NCBI GenBank assembly: GCA_963695835.1
Contig: CAVOHR010000001.1
Span: 855,259-919,258 of the forward strand
DNA from: an uncultured Solirubrobacterales bacterium
Lineage (GTDB): Bacteria; Actinomycetota; Thermoleophilia; Solirubrobacterales; 70-9
Direction of reading: 5' to 3'
DNA length: 64,000 nt
The translations under genes were made by a program, and so were the position numbers. The notes beneath the pieces were generated by a model, which was given only the letters and a program-made list of their open reading frames with translations, was not told where the DNA came from and did not search any database. Of this stretch, positions 44,094 to 52,690 are shown piece after piece (the first letter of the stretch is position 1; every line of letters starts with the position of its first letter).

Positions 44094-45136
44094 CTGGCGA
44101 CCGCCCAGGCCGCTCCAGGCTCGAACCGGCCCGTTCTGCTGCGGTAGTGGTGGGGGCGCACGACCAGCGATCTCGGCCTTTTCTGCAGGTGGTGGGCCAC
44201 CGCCCGGTAGAAGCCGACCACGGCCGGCTCGAGGCCGGTCTGGAAAACCTCCAGCAGCAACGGCTCATCCGCTGTCGCCTCGCGCAGCTTGCGCCGGGAC
44301 AGCTCATACACGAGCAGATCGGTCTCGCCGGTCGGCCGCACCTGGCTGACCAGCCGGTTGCGAAGCCAGGCGGCGTCGACTTCCGGATCCATCTCCGGGT
44401 GGCGTATCGAGAGCAGAGCGACACGCAAGACCTGCATTCCCGCCAGCTCCTTCTGCTTCGGATCGTGCAGATCCAGGCAGGCCAGCGGGAAGGGCTTTGC
44501 CTCGGATCCGTCGCGGTAGACGATCCGTGCCGAGGTCTTCTTGTCTGCTGCGGCGCGGTCGGCGTAGCGACGCAGTCCCTTGGTTAGGGCGAAATTGTTG
44601 ACGCCGCTTGGCACCGCGACCTCCGTTTCGCGATTGACGATCGCCGCCAGCTGACCTTCCCAGAGAGCCTGTTGGGGATCGCGGTGGCGCGAGCTGCGGC
44701 CGGGCTGCCACGCCGAGGCAGGTGGCGCGGCCTTCGAGCGCCGCGGGGGCGGGGGCGGCTCGACCCGACCGACCTCAAGCGGATCCCTGATTTCAATCGC
44801 GATGCCGCCGCCGTCGAGATGCTTGCGCACGTCCTTCGCGTCGGCGAAGTCCGGCGCCAGGTCAGTCGCCTCGTCGATCCAGGGATGGCACGCGCCCGTG
44901 CTCGTCGCTGCCGCGGGGTGCTTCACCGTGGCGGCTTTTCCCTTGGTGGCAAGCGCCATCGCCGCCTGTTCGAGCTGATTGCAGATGGTGTCGTAGCGCA
45001 GGGCCTCGCTGCGGTCGCCTGGGGCCGCCTTCAACTGACGACGGGCGGCCAGCTTGGCATCCCCCGCCAGCGCTTCGAGCTTGCCCGCCCATTGCTTCGG
45101 CGTGAGCAGCACGAAGGTGGCGATCTCGCGGGTCAT
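44090..45136 (-). CDS. Hypothetical protein (348 aa), operon member
   Basis: Protein-like composition with ATGA overlaps at both ends (45133-45136 and 44090-44093). No motif recognised. Confidence 0.6.
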   Translation of the reverse strand: MTREIATFVLLTPKQWAGKLEALAGDAKLAARRQLKAAPGDRSEALRYDTICNQLEQAAMALATKGKAATVKHPAAATSTGACHPWIDEATDLAPDFADAKDVRKHLDGGGIAIEIRDPLEVGRVEPPPPPRRSKAAPPASAWQPGRSSRHRDPQQALWEGQLAAIVNRETEVAVPSGVNNFALTKGLRRYADRAAADKKTSARIVYRDGSEAKPFPLACLDLHDPKQKELAGMQVLRVALLSIRHPEMDPEVDAAWLRNRLVSQVRPTGETDLLVYELSRRKLREATADEPLLLEVFQTGLEPAVVGFYRAVAHHLQKRPRSLVVRPHHYRSRTGRFEPGAAWAVAR

Positions 45137-46677
45137 TCGCGCCCCACCCTTGAGGCGGTAAGGCGAGTCTCGATGGCCCGATCGAGCGCACTGACTCGAT
45201 CGGGCAGCACTAGCTGCGCGACGCTCTTGGGACGTGCTCCTTTGACCCTGGGGGCTGAGTGCGGCTCGAGGGTCGCCGCCACCGCATCGTGCTCGCGTGC
45301 GAGCTCGCGCGCCAGATCCCACTGCGCGCAGCTGGGCAGGTCGCGAGCGACCACGATCAGCGGCTGGGCGGGCCCAATCTCAAGGGCCCCAGAGACCGGT
45401 TGCCAGGGGAGGCGGCCTCCCGCCACACCCTCGAAGCGAACCGCCCCGCTGTCCTCAAGCACCTGCCAGGAGATCGTTCGGGCGGCGTCCTCGACGACCT
45501 CCACTCGGCGCTCGTTTTTGCCCCCTTCCGGGTTGTCATCGCTTGAGGCAGGTGTGATGGGCTCTTCCCTCTGGGCCAGCCGCCGAAGTAGCATTCCCAG
45601 CATGGCGGCGCTGCGGCAGAGTGATAGCTCCGCCCGCCGTGCGGCGCGATCAAGCGGATCGACCCCGCCGCGCAGGATTGAGCCCGAGCGGGGCGAGCAG
45701 GCGAGCAGGAAGTCGAGCTCGGCTGGATCCCAGATTCCGGACAGCAGCACGTAGCAAGCGCGCTCGGCACTGAGCAGTCCAGCGTCGATACGCTGCTGCA
45801 GCCTCGCTCGTAGCTCGTCGGGCAGAGGGGTTACGGCGAAGAGCAGTTCGCGAGCTTGGGCGGGCCCGATCGAGGCCGGGTCGTCGGTCCCCAGCTCGAT
45901 GCCGTGCGTTCGCGCGAACTGCCGCAGGCTGGCCGGAACCGCCTGCTCGAGATGCTGCTCGAAGCGAATCTCCATCGTGCCGCCGGAGCGGAAGGCCTCG
46001 GCAAGCGTGAGCGCCGCCAGTGCCCGGTTTCCCTCGTGCGTCGCCACGTGGGGCACCTGGCAGGTCTGCCAGACCTCGACCGCCAAACCGTCGAATTTCG
46101 CCTCATGCCGGTAGGCGGCGAGGCCGATGATGACGTTCTGGGAGGCGATACGCACCGGCCGACATTCGTGGGGGCGCGGCAGGCGCTCACCATGTGACTC
46201 CTCGAACTTGTCGGCAGTCTCGATCATGCGCTGCAAGCCGGCCTCACATGTGGCCTCCTCGGTGGCGATCGTCTCAAGGTAGAGCTGGGCGTCGGTGTCG
46301 AGCGGTGCCCGCTGGTTGCCGGGTGGGACGTCGGTCAGGTGCCAGCGCACGACCTCGCCGACGTTGGGTGCGGGCTCCTCTCCTTGGCGCTCGCATACCA
46401 CGCAGGCAAGCGAGCTGTGGTCGACCGCAGCGATCGGTAGCAGGTCGAGGTCGGCCCGTTGCGCACTAAGCAGCCGCATGGAGCTGAGGGCGCCAAGCAG
46501 GCTCTGCGACTTCGCCCGCTTCGGCGCGAGCAGGAAGGTGCTCTCCTCCAAACCCGGCCGCGCCTCCATCAGGAGCGCGGGAAGTTGCTCTGGAATTCTC
46601 AGGCCGGAGAGGTCCTTGAGTTCGTTCAGTTGATTCTCGGCCGCTGCTGGAAGACTTGATGCCCCCGATACGGCCAT
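45133..46677 (-). CDS. Hypothetical protein (514 aa), operon member
   Basis: Protein-like composition. GAGG lies 4 nt before the ATG, 10 bp after the nuclease stop. No motif recognised. Confidence 0.6.
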   Translation of the reverse strand: MAVSGASSLPAAAENQLNELKDLSGLRIPEQLPALLMEARPGLEESTFLLAPKRAKSQSLLGALSSMRLLSAQRADLDLLPIAAVDHSSLACVVCERQGEEPAPNVGEVVRWHLTDVPPGNQRAPLDTDAQLYLETIATEEATCEAGLQRMIETADKFEESHGERLPRPHECRPVRIASQNVIIGLAAYRHEAKFDGLAVEVWQTCQVPHVATHEGNRALAALTLAEAFRSGGTMEIRFEQHLEQAVPASLRQFARTHGIELGTDDPASIGPAQARELLFAVTPLPDELRARLQQRIDAGLLSAERACYVLLSGIWDPAELDFLLACSPRSGSILRGGVDPLDRAARRAELSLCRSAAMLGMLLRRLAQREEPITPASSDDNPEGGKNERRVEVVEDAARTISWQVLEDSGAVRFEGVAGGRLPWQPVSGALEIGPAQPLIVVARDLPSCAQWDLARELAREHDAVAATLEPHSAPRVKGARPKSVAQLVLPDRVSALDRAIETRLTASRVGRE

Positions 46678-46687
46678 GACCTCTGAC

Positions 46688-47347
46688 TCAGGTCGAAGGG
46701 TTGTTGTCGAAGTGCTGGAGTTCGAATCCGGTGTCCGGATGATCTAGGCCGTAGTCGAACCCCGCCGGTCGGTCCGAGTTGTCGTCGTAGACGAGGTGCA
46801 CCGCGACAGCGGTGCCCGGGTTTGCCGCAGCAATCCTCTCCATCTCGCGCCACTCCTTGCCGAGATTGAGGGCGGCGAGCTGGGGGACGATGTTGATGTC
46901 CATACCGCCGCCCATGCTGTGAGCGAAGACGTGGCCCTTGTGATCACCCTTTGGCGCCGAGGGATGGCCGCTCTGCCGGCTGTTGTCGCGTGACCCCTCC
47001 GGCGTAGTCGATTTGCCTACGCCGCAAACCAGCCGACCGGCAGCTACATCGAAGGTGTAGGTATAGGTGCCCAGCTGTACGTCGACCAGGGTGTTGCCGG
47101 TCTGCTCCTGATATTCGGCGGCCCAATTCCCGGCCAGCTCCGAGGTCAAGGCTGCGCCGTCCGCATTCGTGCTGGGGGAAGCGGTCTGGGTGCTACCGCG
47201 GCTGGACTTGTCGCTGCGGCGCTGAGTGGCACGTGGGGGGACCGAGCGTACGGTCGCCGTCCGCACCGGAGTGGGGGGCGAACTCGGAGCGGCACTGGCG
47301 GCGGCGGTGTGCGCATCGCTGGATGAGGTGGTGTTTCCGCAGGCCAT
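46688..47347 (-). CDS. Non-specific beta-beta-alpha-Me nuclease (Endonuclease_NS_2 / EssD-like domain) with low-complexity N-terminus
   Basis: GDHKGHVFAHSMGGGMDINIVPQLAALNLGKEWREME fits the GH..GG..N..PQ..N..E signature. The first ~70 aa are S/T/A/P-rich and there is no signal peptide. Confidence 0.6.
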   Translation of the reverse strand: MACGNTTSSSDAHTAAASAAPSSPPTPVRTATVRSVPPRATQRRSDKSSRGSTQTASPSTNADGAALTSELAGNWAAEYQEQTGNTLVDVQLGTYTYTFDVAAGRLVCGVGKSTTPEGSRDNSRQSGHPSAPKGDHKGHVFAHSMGGGMDINIVPQLAALNLGKEWREMERIAAANPGTAVAVHLVYDDNSDRPAGFDYGLDHPDTGFELQHFDNNPST

Positions 47348-47410
47348 TTGAAAATTGTGACGACTACTGGGCCGAGGCGCGTTCCTGTTGATTCGTCTGA
47401 TGACACTACC

Positions 47411-47509
47411 AGCGCCAAAAAGTCGGGGATTCCGCAGAGCGAGATCAGCAAGATCGAGACCGGCGACGCCAATCCCACCTACGCCACGCTTTCAGCGCTC
47501 GGAGAGCCC
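47411..47509 (+). pseudogene. XRE-family HTH fragment
   Basis: SAKKSGIPQSEISKIETGDANPTYATLSAL covers helices 2-5 of an XRE HTH. The first helix is missing, the downstream frame decays, and the fragment abuts the nuclease ATG. Confidence 0.5.
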
Positions 47510-47782
47510 TTCGGCGGACGCGGCCGTGCTCAAACTCCAGGCCGAGGCGAGTCCCAGCCCTTCCGACGTCTGATCGGCAGGCTTTGGCCCTGCTTGTCCT
47601 TGATGGCACAGAGTGGTAGTCCGCCGTTGGTCGCGATCTTTGTTGGTATTGCGGGTGCAGTTTTCATCCACAACTCCCCGGCACCGCCCCGGAACAACCG
47701 GGAAACCGAGCCACTTGAGACCCCGTTAGAATCACCTGCGGGAGCGGCCTGTCATCCGCATTCCCATGCGGTTTGCGGCCAT

Positions 47783-47856
47783 GGCGAGGTAGCTCAGTCA
47801 GGTAGAGCACGCGACTGAAAATCGCGGTGTCGGCGGTTCGATTCCGCCCCTCGCCA
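47783..47856 (+). tRNA. tRNA-Phe (GAA), intact, carried inside the island
   Basis: Acceptor GGCGAGG/CCTCGCC, D arm GCTC/GAGC, anticodon arm CGCGA-CTGAAAA-TCGCG, T arm GGCGG-TTCGATT-CCGCC, discriminator A. CCA is not encoded. Confidence 0.9.
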
Positions 47857-48057
47857 CTCTGAGGTCTTCACCTTTGACCTCCACCTATCTTCACGTTTGA
47901 ACCGGACGAACCGCGATTCGCGGTGGCGTCCGATGTCCATCGACTCCTCCGGGAGCGGCCATTCAACTTCCCCGCCCACGGCCACCGTTTCTCCCCACCG
48001 GTGGCCATCGGTTCTCCCCACGCTTTCTCCCTCGGCGACCGTCCCGGCGAGGCGAAG

Positions 48058-49560
48058 TCAGGTCGGCGCGCTTGCCGCGCCGATCAGGTCGTCCGCGGTC
48101 CGGCGCCGCCTGCGCCGCTTGGGCGCCAGCCCTTCGGCGGCACGCCGCTCATCCTCGGCCTGGCGAGCCGCGAAGGCGTCGGCGACGCGCAGGTTGCGGG
48201 CGACGAAGACGCTGGCGGCGAACAGCGCGATCGGCGCCAGACCCGTCAACCGGCACCAGCCCTTTGAGATGTCGTTGGAGGCCGGGTCCTTGACCGTGGC
48301 GTAGGCGCGCTCGGCGGCGGAGCGCCGCGCGTAGGAGCGGCGGTGCTCCGCAGAGGGGTAGTCGTGTTTCTGTGCGGTCTTGGCGTTGACCGAGGCAGGC
48401 ACCGTGATCGTGCGCTGGGCGCAGCAGGTAGGCGGGTGCTCGGGCGGGGAGATGACCTCCGGACGGGTGTGGCCGAGCTGCATCGACTCAGGCCGCAAGG
48501 GGCAGCGCAGCTTGCCCTGGGCGGCGGGGCAGCCGACGCGGTGGTAGCCGTCTGCGTCATAGCCCGCGAGCGGCGCCAGCTTGTGCTTGGCGAGCTCTGC
48601 GGCCTTGCGGTCGTGGGCGGCAGTCTCGGCCTCCGTAGCGCCGCGGGCGAGCGGTCCCAGTTCCAGCAGCGTGGTCGGCGTCGCCGGGCAGTAGAGCGCC
48701 CCGTTGGCGAGGGTTGCTCCCATGTGGGTTCCCTTCGGCCCACGGTCATGGGGATGCAGGTCCTGGACGAGATTTGCCCCCAGGCGCCGCAGCGGCAGCG
48801 CCCACGTCTCCGCCACCCGGTGGGCATAGCCCGAATCGGCGAGGACGTCGCCGACCTCGATCCCGGCGGCGGCCATCCGCTCCAGCACCGGCACGAGCGC
48901 CGGCGGCGGGTCGACCCCGCAGCTCGTGAGCCCGATGCGGCGCACCAGCTCCGCGACGGCGGGGCCGCGCTCCTCCTTGACGGCCGTGACGACCTGCAGG
49001 TAGTAGCCGTAGAAGGCCTCGTCGCGCTCGCCGGGCGAGTTGCCGCGCCGGTGTCCCCAGGTGGCCTCGGGGTCAGCGCAGCGCTCGCCGCCCTTCGGCG
49101 GTGGGCAGGAGAACGTCTCCAGGTCGGTCCAGTCGACGGCGTAGGAGCTCGTCTCGGGCTTCCCGCAGAGCTCGACGCTCGCCTCCAGCAGGGCGTCGAG
49201 GATCTCCGAGAGCTCCTCGCAGGGCTCCCCGTCGGGCTCGGCCTTGGCCAGTACCCTCGCCACGAGCCCGAAGGTGCGCTCCACCTGGCGGTAGGTGAGC
49301 CGGTGGGGGCCGTCCTTCCACTCGGCGATCACCCCGAGCCGCCTCTGATCTGCCTGGGGCAGCGCGCAGAGCGCCTCGTGCACCCGGCTCAGGTGCGCGG
49401 GGCGCCCGTCGACGGCGACCAAGAGCATCCCCACGAGCAGCGTGCGCACCGAGAGCTGGCGCCGCCGCGCCCCGACCGGCAGCATCGCCTCGATCCGCGG
49501 GGCGATGCCCGAGCGCTCGACGACTCCCTCCAATCGCTCAAGCTTCGCCTCAGCCTCCAT
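48058..49560 (-). CDS. DDE transposase (IS4/IS5-like fold), copy 1
   Basis: AVDWTDLETF, VLADSGYA and YARRSAAERAYATVKD...RLTGL are consistent with a D-D-E triad and an IS5/IS1182-style C-terminal tail. Family not assigned. Confidence 0.7.
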   Translation of the reverse strand: MEAEAKLERLEGVVERSGIAPRIEAMLPVGARRRQLSVRTLLVGMLLVAVDGRPAHLSRVHEALCALPQADQRRLGVIAEWKDGPHRLTYRQVERTFGLVARVLAKAEPDGEPCEELSEILDALLEASVELCGKPETSSYAVDWTDLETFSCPPPKGGERCADPEATWGHRRGNSPGERDEAFYGYYLQVVTAVKEERGPAVAELVRRIGLTSCGVDPPPALVPVLERMAAAGIEVGDVLADSGYAHRVAETWALPLRRLGANLVQDLHPHDRGPKGTHMGATLANGALYCPATPTTLLELGPLARGATEAETAAHDRKAAELAKHKLAPLAGYDADGYHRVGCPAAQGKLRCPLRPESMQLGHTRPEVISPPEHPPTCCAQRTITVPASVNAKTAQKHDYPSAEHRRSYARRSAAERAYATVKDPASNDISKGWCRLTGLAPIALFAASVFVARNLRVADAFAARQAEDERRAAEGLAPKRRRRRRTADDLIGAASAPT

Positions 49561-50461
49561 GGCCTCCTCCGAGCAATGCGACGGCGGTCTCCTCCTCGGT
49601 CTCGGGCAGCTCGGCCACCAAGTCGCCGAGCCGCTGGGAGCAGCGCAGCCCGGCCGCGTCCATGAACGCCCGCAGGCCGATCAGCTCGGCGCACTCGCAA
49701 AGCCAGCTCGCCCGCAGCCGCCCGGCCTCCAGGCGCGGCAGCGAGGCGTCCTTGCCAAGCGCGGCGTTCAAGGCGTCGCTGAGGTTGCGCCGCCCCGAGC
49801 TCTCGCCGCCGAGCAGGTAGCCCCGCCCGGCGAAGCGGGCGGCTTCCTCCAGGGGCGAGTGGAAGTGGGCCAGCACAGGCACCGCCCGCTCCCTGCGCCC
49901 CGAGACGCAGACCACGAGCCCCCCCGAGCGCCGGATGACGTCGCGCCCGCGCACGTGGCGAAGCTCGGCCCCGATCAGTCCCGCCCCCGCCCCCAGACAG
50001 ACAAGCGCGGTGGCGCGCATCCGCCGTGCCTCGGTCGGCTGCGCAGCGGCGAGGCGCAGGAAGCCCTCGATCTCCGCCTCCCCGTAGGGGGACTTGGCGC
50101 GCTCGCGCGGCAGCGGCGCCAGCTGCGGGGAGGGATGAGCCCGATGGACACGGGCCAGCGCCCGCAGGTTGGTGCGCAGGGTGCGTCGCGTCGCCGCGGA
50201 GACCGCCGGGCAACCCGTGAGGACGAAGCGCTCGATCGTCGCCTCCGCCAGCAGCGCCTCGGCGGAGAGCTCCATCCCCACCGACTTGCCGAAGGCGGCC
50301 AGCCGCCCGGCGGCGTAGAGCAGCGCCTTGGCCCGTTCGCGCCGGCGCGGAGCAGCCCGCCTCACCGCCGCACGGGCGAAGGCCCCCGCCTCGGGGGAGA
50401 GCGAGGCGGGGGCGTAGGCGGCGATCGCCGCTGCTGCGAGGTCGCCCTCTCGGGGACTCAT
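49550..50461 (-). CDS. Tyrosine-recombinase-like protein, apparently degenerate active site, copy 1
   Basis: Integrase-fold pattern RATALVCLGAGAGLIGAELRHVRGRDV...VSGRRERAVPV...GRLRASW. Box I Arg, the first His and the terminal Tyr are not evident. Overlaps the transposase start by 11 nt. Confidence 0.55.
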   Translation of the reverse strand: MSPREGDLAAAAIAAYAPASLSPEAGAFARAAVRRAAPRRRERAKALLYAAGRLAAFGKSVGMELSAEALLAEATIERFVLTGCPAVSAATRRTLRTNLRALARVHRAHPSPQLAPLPRERAKSPYGEAEIEGFLRLAAAQPTEARRMRATALVCLGAGAGLIGAELRHVRGRDVIRRSGGLVVCVSGRRERAVPVLAHFHSPLEEAARFAGRGYLLGGESSGRRNLSDALNAALGKDASLPRLEAGRLRASWLCECAELIGLRAFMDAAGLRCSQRLGDLVAELPETEEETAVALLGGGHGG

Positions 50462-50517
50462 GGTATCCGACAGTAGAATTACTATCGGACAGACCGACGT
50501 AGGATCGCAAGTCACCC

Positions 50518-50883
50518 ATGAACGAGAGCCCCGAGGCCCGCCTGCGCGCGCTCGCCGCCGAGCTCGCCGAGATCGACTTCGCCCTGCCGGGGACGATCAA
50601 CGTGGCGATGAACCGCTGCGGCAAGCCCAACTGCGCCTGCAAGGCCGACCCGCCCAAGCTGCACGGCCCCTACGTCACCTGGACGCGCAAGGTCGAGGGC
50701 AAGACCGTCACCCGCCGCCTCTCAGCCGAGCAGCTGGAGCGCTATCGCCCTTGGTTTGAGAACCGCAGGCGCCTGCGCGCGCTCACTGCCGAGCTCGAGG
50801 CGCTCTCCCTCGAGGTCGCCGAGCAGGCCGAGGGCTGGGCGCCTGCCGAGCCGCGCCGTCGCGGCGAACGACGCGGCCGCTGA
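50518..50883 (+). CDS. Small Cys-motif protein (DUF6788-like), copy 1
   Basis: GTINVAMNRCGKPNCACKADPPKLHGPYVTWTRKVEGKTVTRRL. Divergent from the recombinase-like gene across a 56-bp spacer that holds an imperfect palindrome. Confidence 0.6.
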   Translation: MNESPEARLRALAAELAEIDFALPGTINVAMNRCGKPNCACKADPPKLHGPYVTWTRKVEGKTVTRRLSAEQLERYRPWFENRRRLRALTAELEALSLEVAEQAEGWAPAEPRRRGERRGR

Positions 50884-51187
50884 GCACGCGCCGGTGTGGC
50901 CCCGCGCCGCTTAACGTGTGGTCGCTGCGAAGACTGTCCGCGGAATCCGCATCGGTATGCGGCTGGTGGCAAACGTGAAGACCTCACTCTGAGGTCTTCA
51001 CCTTTGACCTCCACCTATCTTCACGTTTGAACCGGACGAACCGCGATTCGCGGTGGCGTCCGATGTCCATCGACTCCTCCGGGAGCGGCCATTCAACTTC
51101 CCCGCCCACGGCCACCGTTTCTCCCCACCGGTGGCCATCGGTTCTCCCCACGCTTTCTCCCTCGGCGACCGTCCCGGCGAGGCGAAG

Positions 51188-52690
51188 TCAGGTCGGCGCG
51201 CTTGCCGCGCCGATCAGGTCGTCCGCGGTCCGGCGCCGCCTGCGCCGCTTGGGCGCCAGCCCTTCGGCGGCACGCCGCTCATCCTCGGCCTGGCGAGCCG
51301 CGAAGGCGTCGGCGACGCGCAGGTTGCGGGCGACGAAGACGCTGGCGGCGAACAGCGCGATCGGCGCCAGACCCGTCAACCGGCACCAGCCCTTTGAGAT
51401 GTCGTTGGAGGCCGGGTCCTTGACCGTGGCGTAGGCGCGCTCGGCGGCGGAGCGCCGCGCGTAGGAGCGGCGGTGCTCCGCAGAGGGGTAGTCGTGTTTC
51501 TGTGCGGTCTTGGCGTTGACCGAGGCAGGCACCGTGATCGTGCGCTGGGCGCAGCAGGTAGGCGGGTGCTCGGGCGGGGAGATGACCTCCGGACGGGTGT
51601 GGCCGAGCTGCATCGACTCAGGCCGCAAGGGGCAGCGCAGCTTGCCCTGGGCGGCGGGGCAGCCGACGCGGTGGTAGCCGTCTGCGTCATAGCCCGCGAG
51701 CGGCGCCAGCTTGTGCTTGGCGAGCTCTGCGGCCTTGCGGTCGTGGGCGGCAGTCTCGGCCTCCGTAGCGCCGCGGGCGAGCGGTCCCAGTTCCAGCAGC
51801 GTGGTCGGCGTCGCCGGGCAGTAGAGCGCCCCGTTGGCGAGGGTTGCTCCCATGTGGGTTCCCTTCGGCCCACGGTCATGGGGATGCAGGTCCTGGACGA
51901 GATTTGCCCCCAGGCGCCGCAGCGGCAGCGCCCACGTCTCCGCCACCCGGTGGGCATAGCCCGAATCGGCGAGGACGTCGCCGACCTCGATCCCGGCGGC
52001 GGCCATCCGCTCCAGCACCGGCACGAGCGCCGGCGGCGGGTCGACCCCGCAGCTCGTGAGCCCGATGCGGCGCACCAGCTCCGCGACGGCGGGGCCGCGC
52101 TCCTCCTTGACGGCCGTGACGACCTGCAGGTAGTAGCCGTAGAAGGCCTCGTCGCGCTCGCCGGGCGAGTTGCCGCGCCGGTGTCCCCAGGTGGCCTCGG
52201 GGTCAGCGCAGCGCTCGCCGCCCTTCGGCGGTGGGCAGGAGAACGTCTCCAGGTCGGTCCAGTCGACGGCGTAGGAGCTCGTCTCGGGCTTCCCGCAGAG
52301 CTCGACGCTCGCCTCCAGCAGGGCGTCGAGGATCTCCGAGAGCTCCTCGCAGGGCTCCCCGTCGGGCTCGGCCTTGGCCAGTACCCTCGCCACGAGCCCG
52401 AAGGTGCGCTCCACCTGGCGGTAGGTGAGCCGGTGGGGGCCGTCCTTCCACTCGGCGATCACCCCGAGCCGCCTCTGATCTGCCTGGGGCAGCGCGCAGA
52501 GCGCCTCGTGCACCCGGCTCAGGTGCGCGGGGCGCCCGTCGACGGCGACCAAGAGCATCCCCACGAGCAGCGTGCGCACCGAGAGCTGGCGCCGCCGCGC
52601 CCCGACCGGCAGCATCGCCTCGATCCGCGGGGCGATGCCCGAGCGCTCGACGACTCCCTCCAATCGCTCAAGCTTCGCCTCAGCCTCCAT
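51188..52690 (-). CDS. DDE transposase, copy 2
   Basis: Identical 500-aa product to 48058-49560. Confidence 0.7.
   Translation of the reverse strand: MEAEAKLERLEGVVERSGIAPRIEAMLPVGARRRQLSVRTLLVGMLLVAVDGRPAHLSRVHEALCALPQADQRRLGVIAEWKDGPHRLTYRQVERTFGLVARVLAKAEPDGEPCEELSEILDALLEASVELCGKPETSSYAVDWTDLETFSCPPPKGGERCADPEATWGHRRGNSPGERDEAFYGYYLQVVTAVKEERGPAVAELVRRIGLTSCGVDPPPALVPVLERMAAAGIEVGDVLADSGYAHRVAETWALPLRRLGANLVQDLHPHDRGPKGTHMGATLANGALYCPATPTTLLELGPLARGATEAETAAHDRKAAELAKHKLAPLAGYDADGYHRVGCPAAQGKLRCPLRPESMQLGHTRPEVISPPEHPPTCCAQRTITVPASVNAKTAQKHDYPSAEHRRSYARRSAAERAYATVKDPASNDISKGWCRLTGLAPIALFAASVFVARNLRVADAFAARQAEDERRAAEGLAPKRRRRRRTADDLIGAASAPT

Larger units (their letters stand above)
47861..50985. 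mobile_element. IS-like element, copy 1 (3,125 bp)
   Basis: 11-bp terminal inverted repeats gaggtcttcac (47861-47871) / gtgaagacctc (50975-50985), flanked by ACTCT on both sides. Carries three ORFs. Confidence 0.85.

Noticed and set aside
47348-47818. 156-aa ORF as a complete XRE regulator of the four-gene operon
   Set aside because: Only residues ~22-54 look like an HTH. The first helix is missing, the rest is junk, and the ORF runs into the tRNA-Phe gene. It is annotated only as a fragment.
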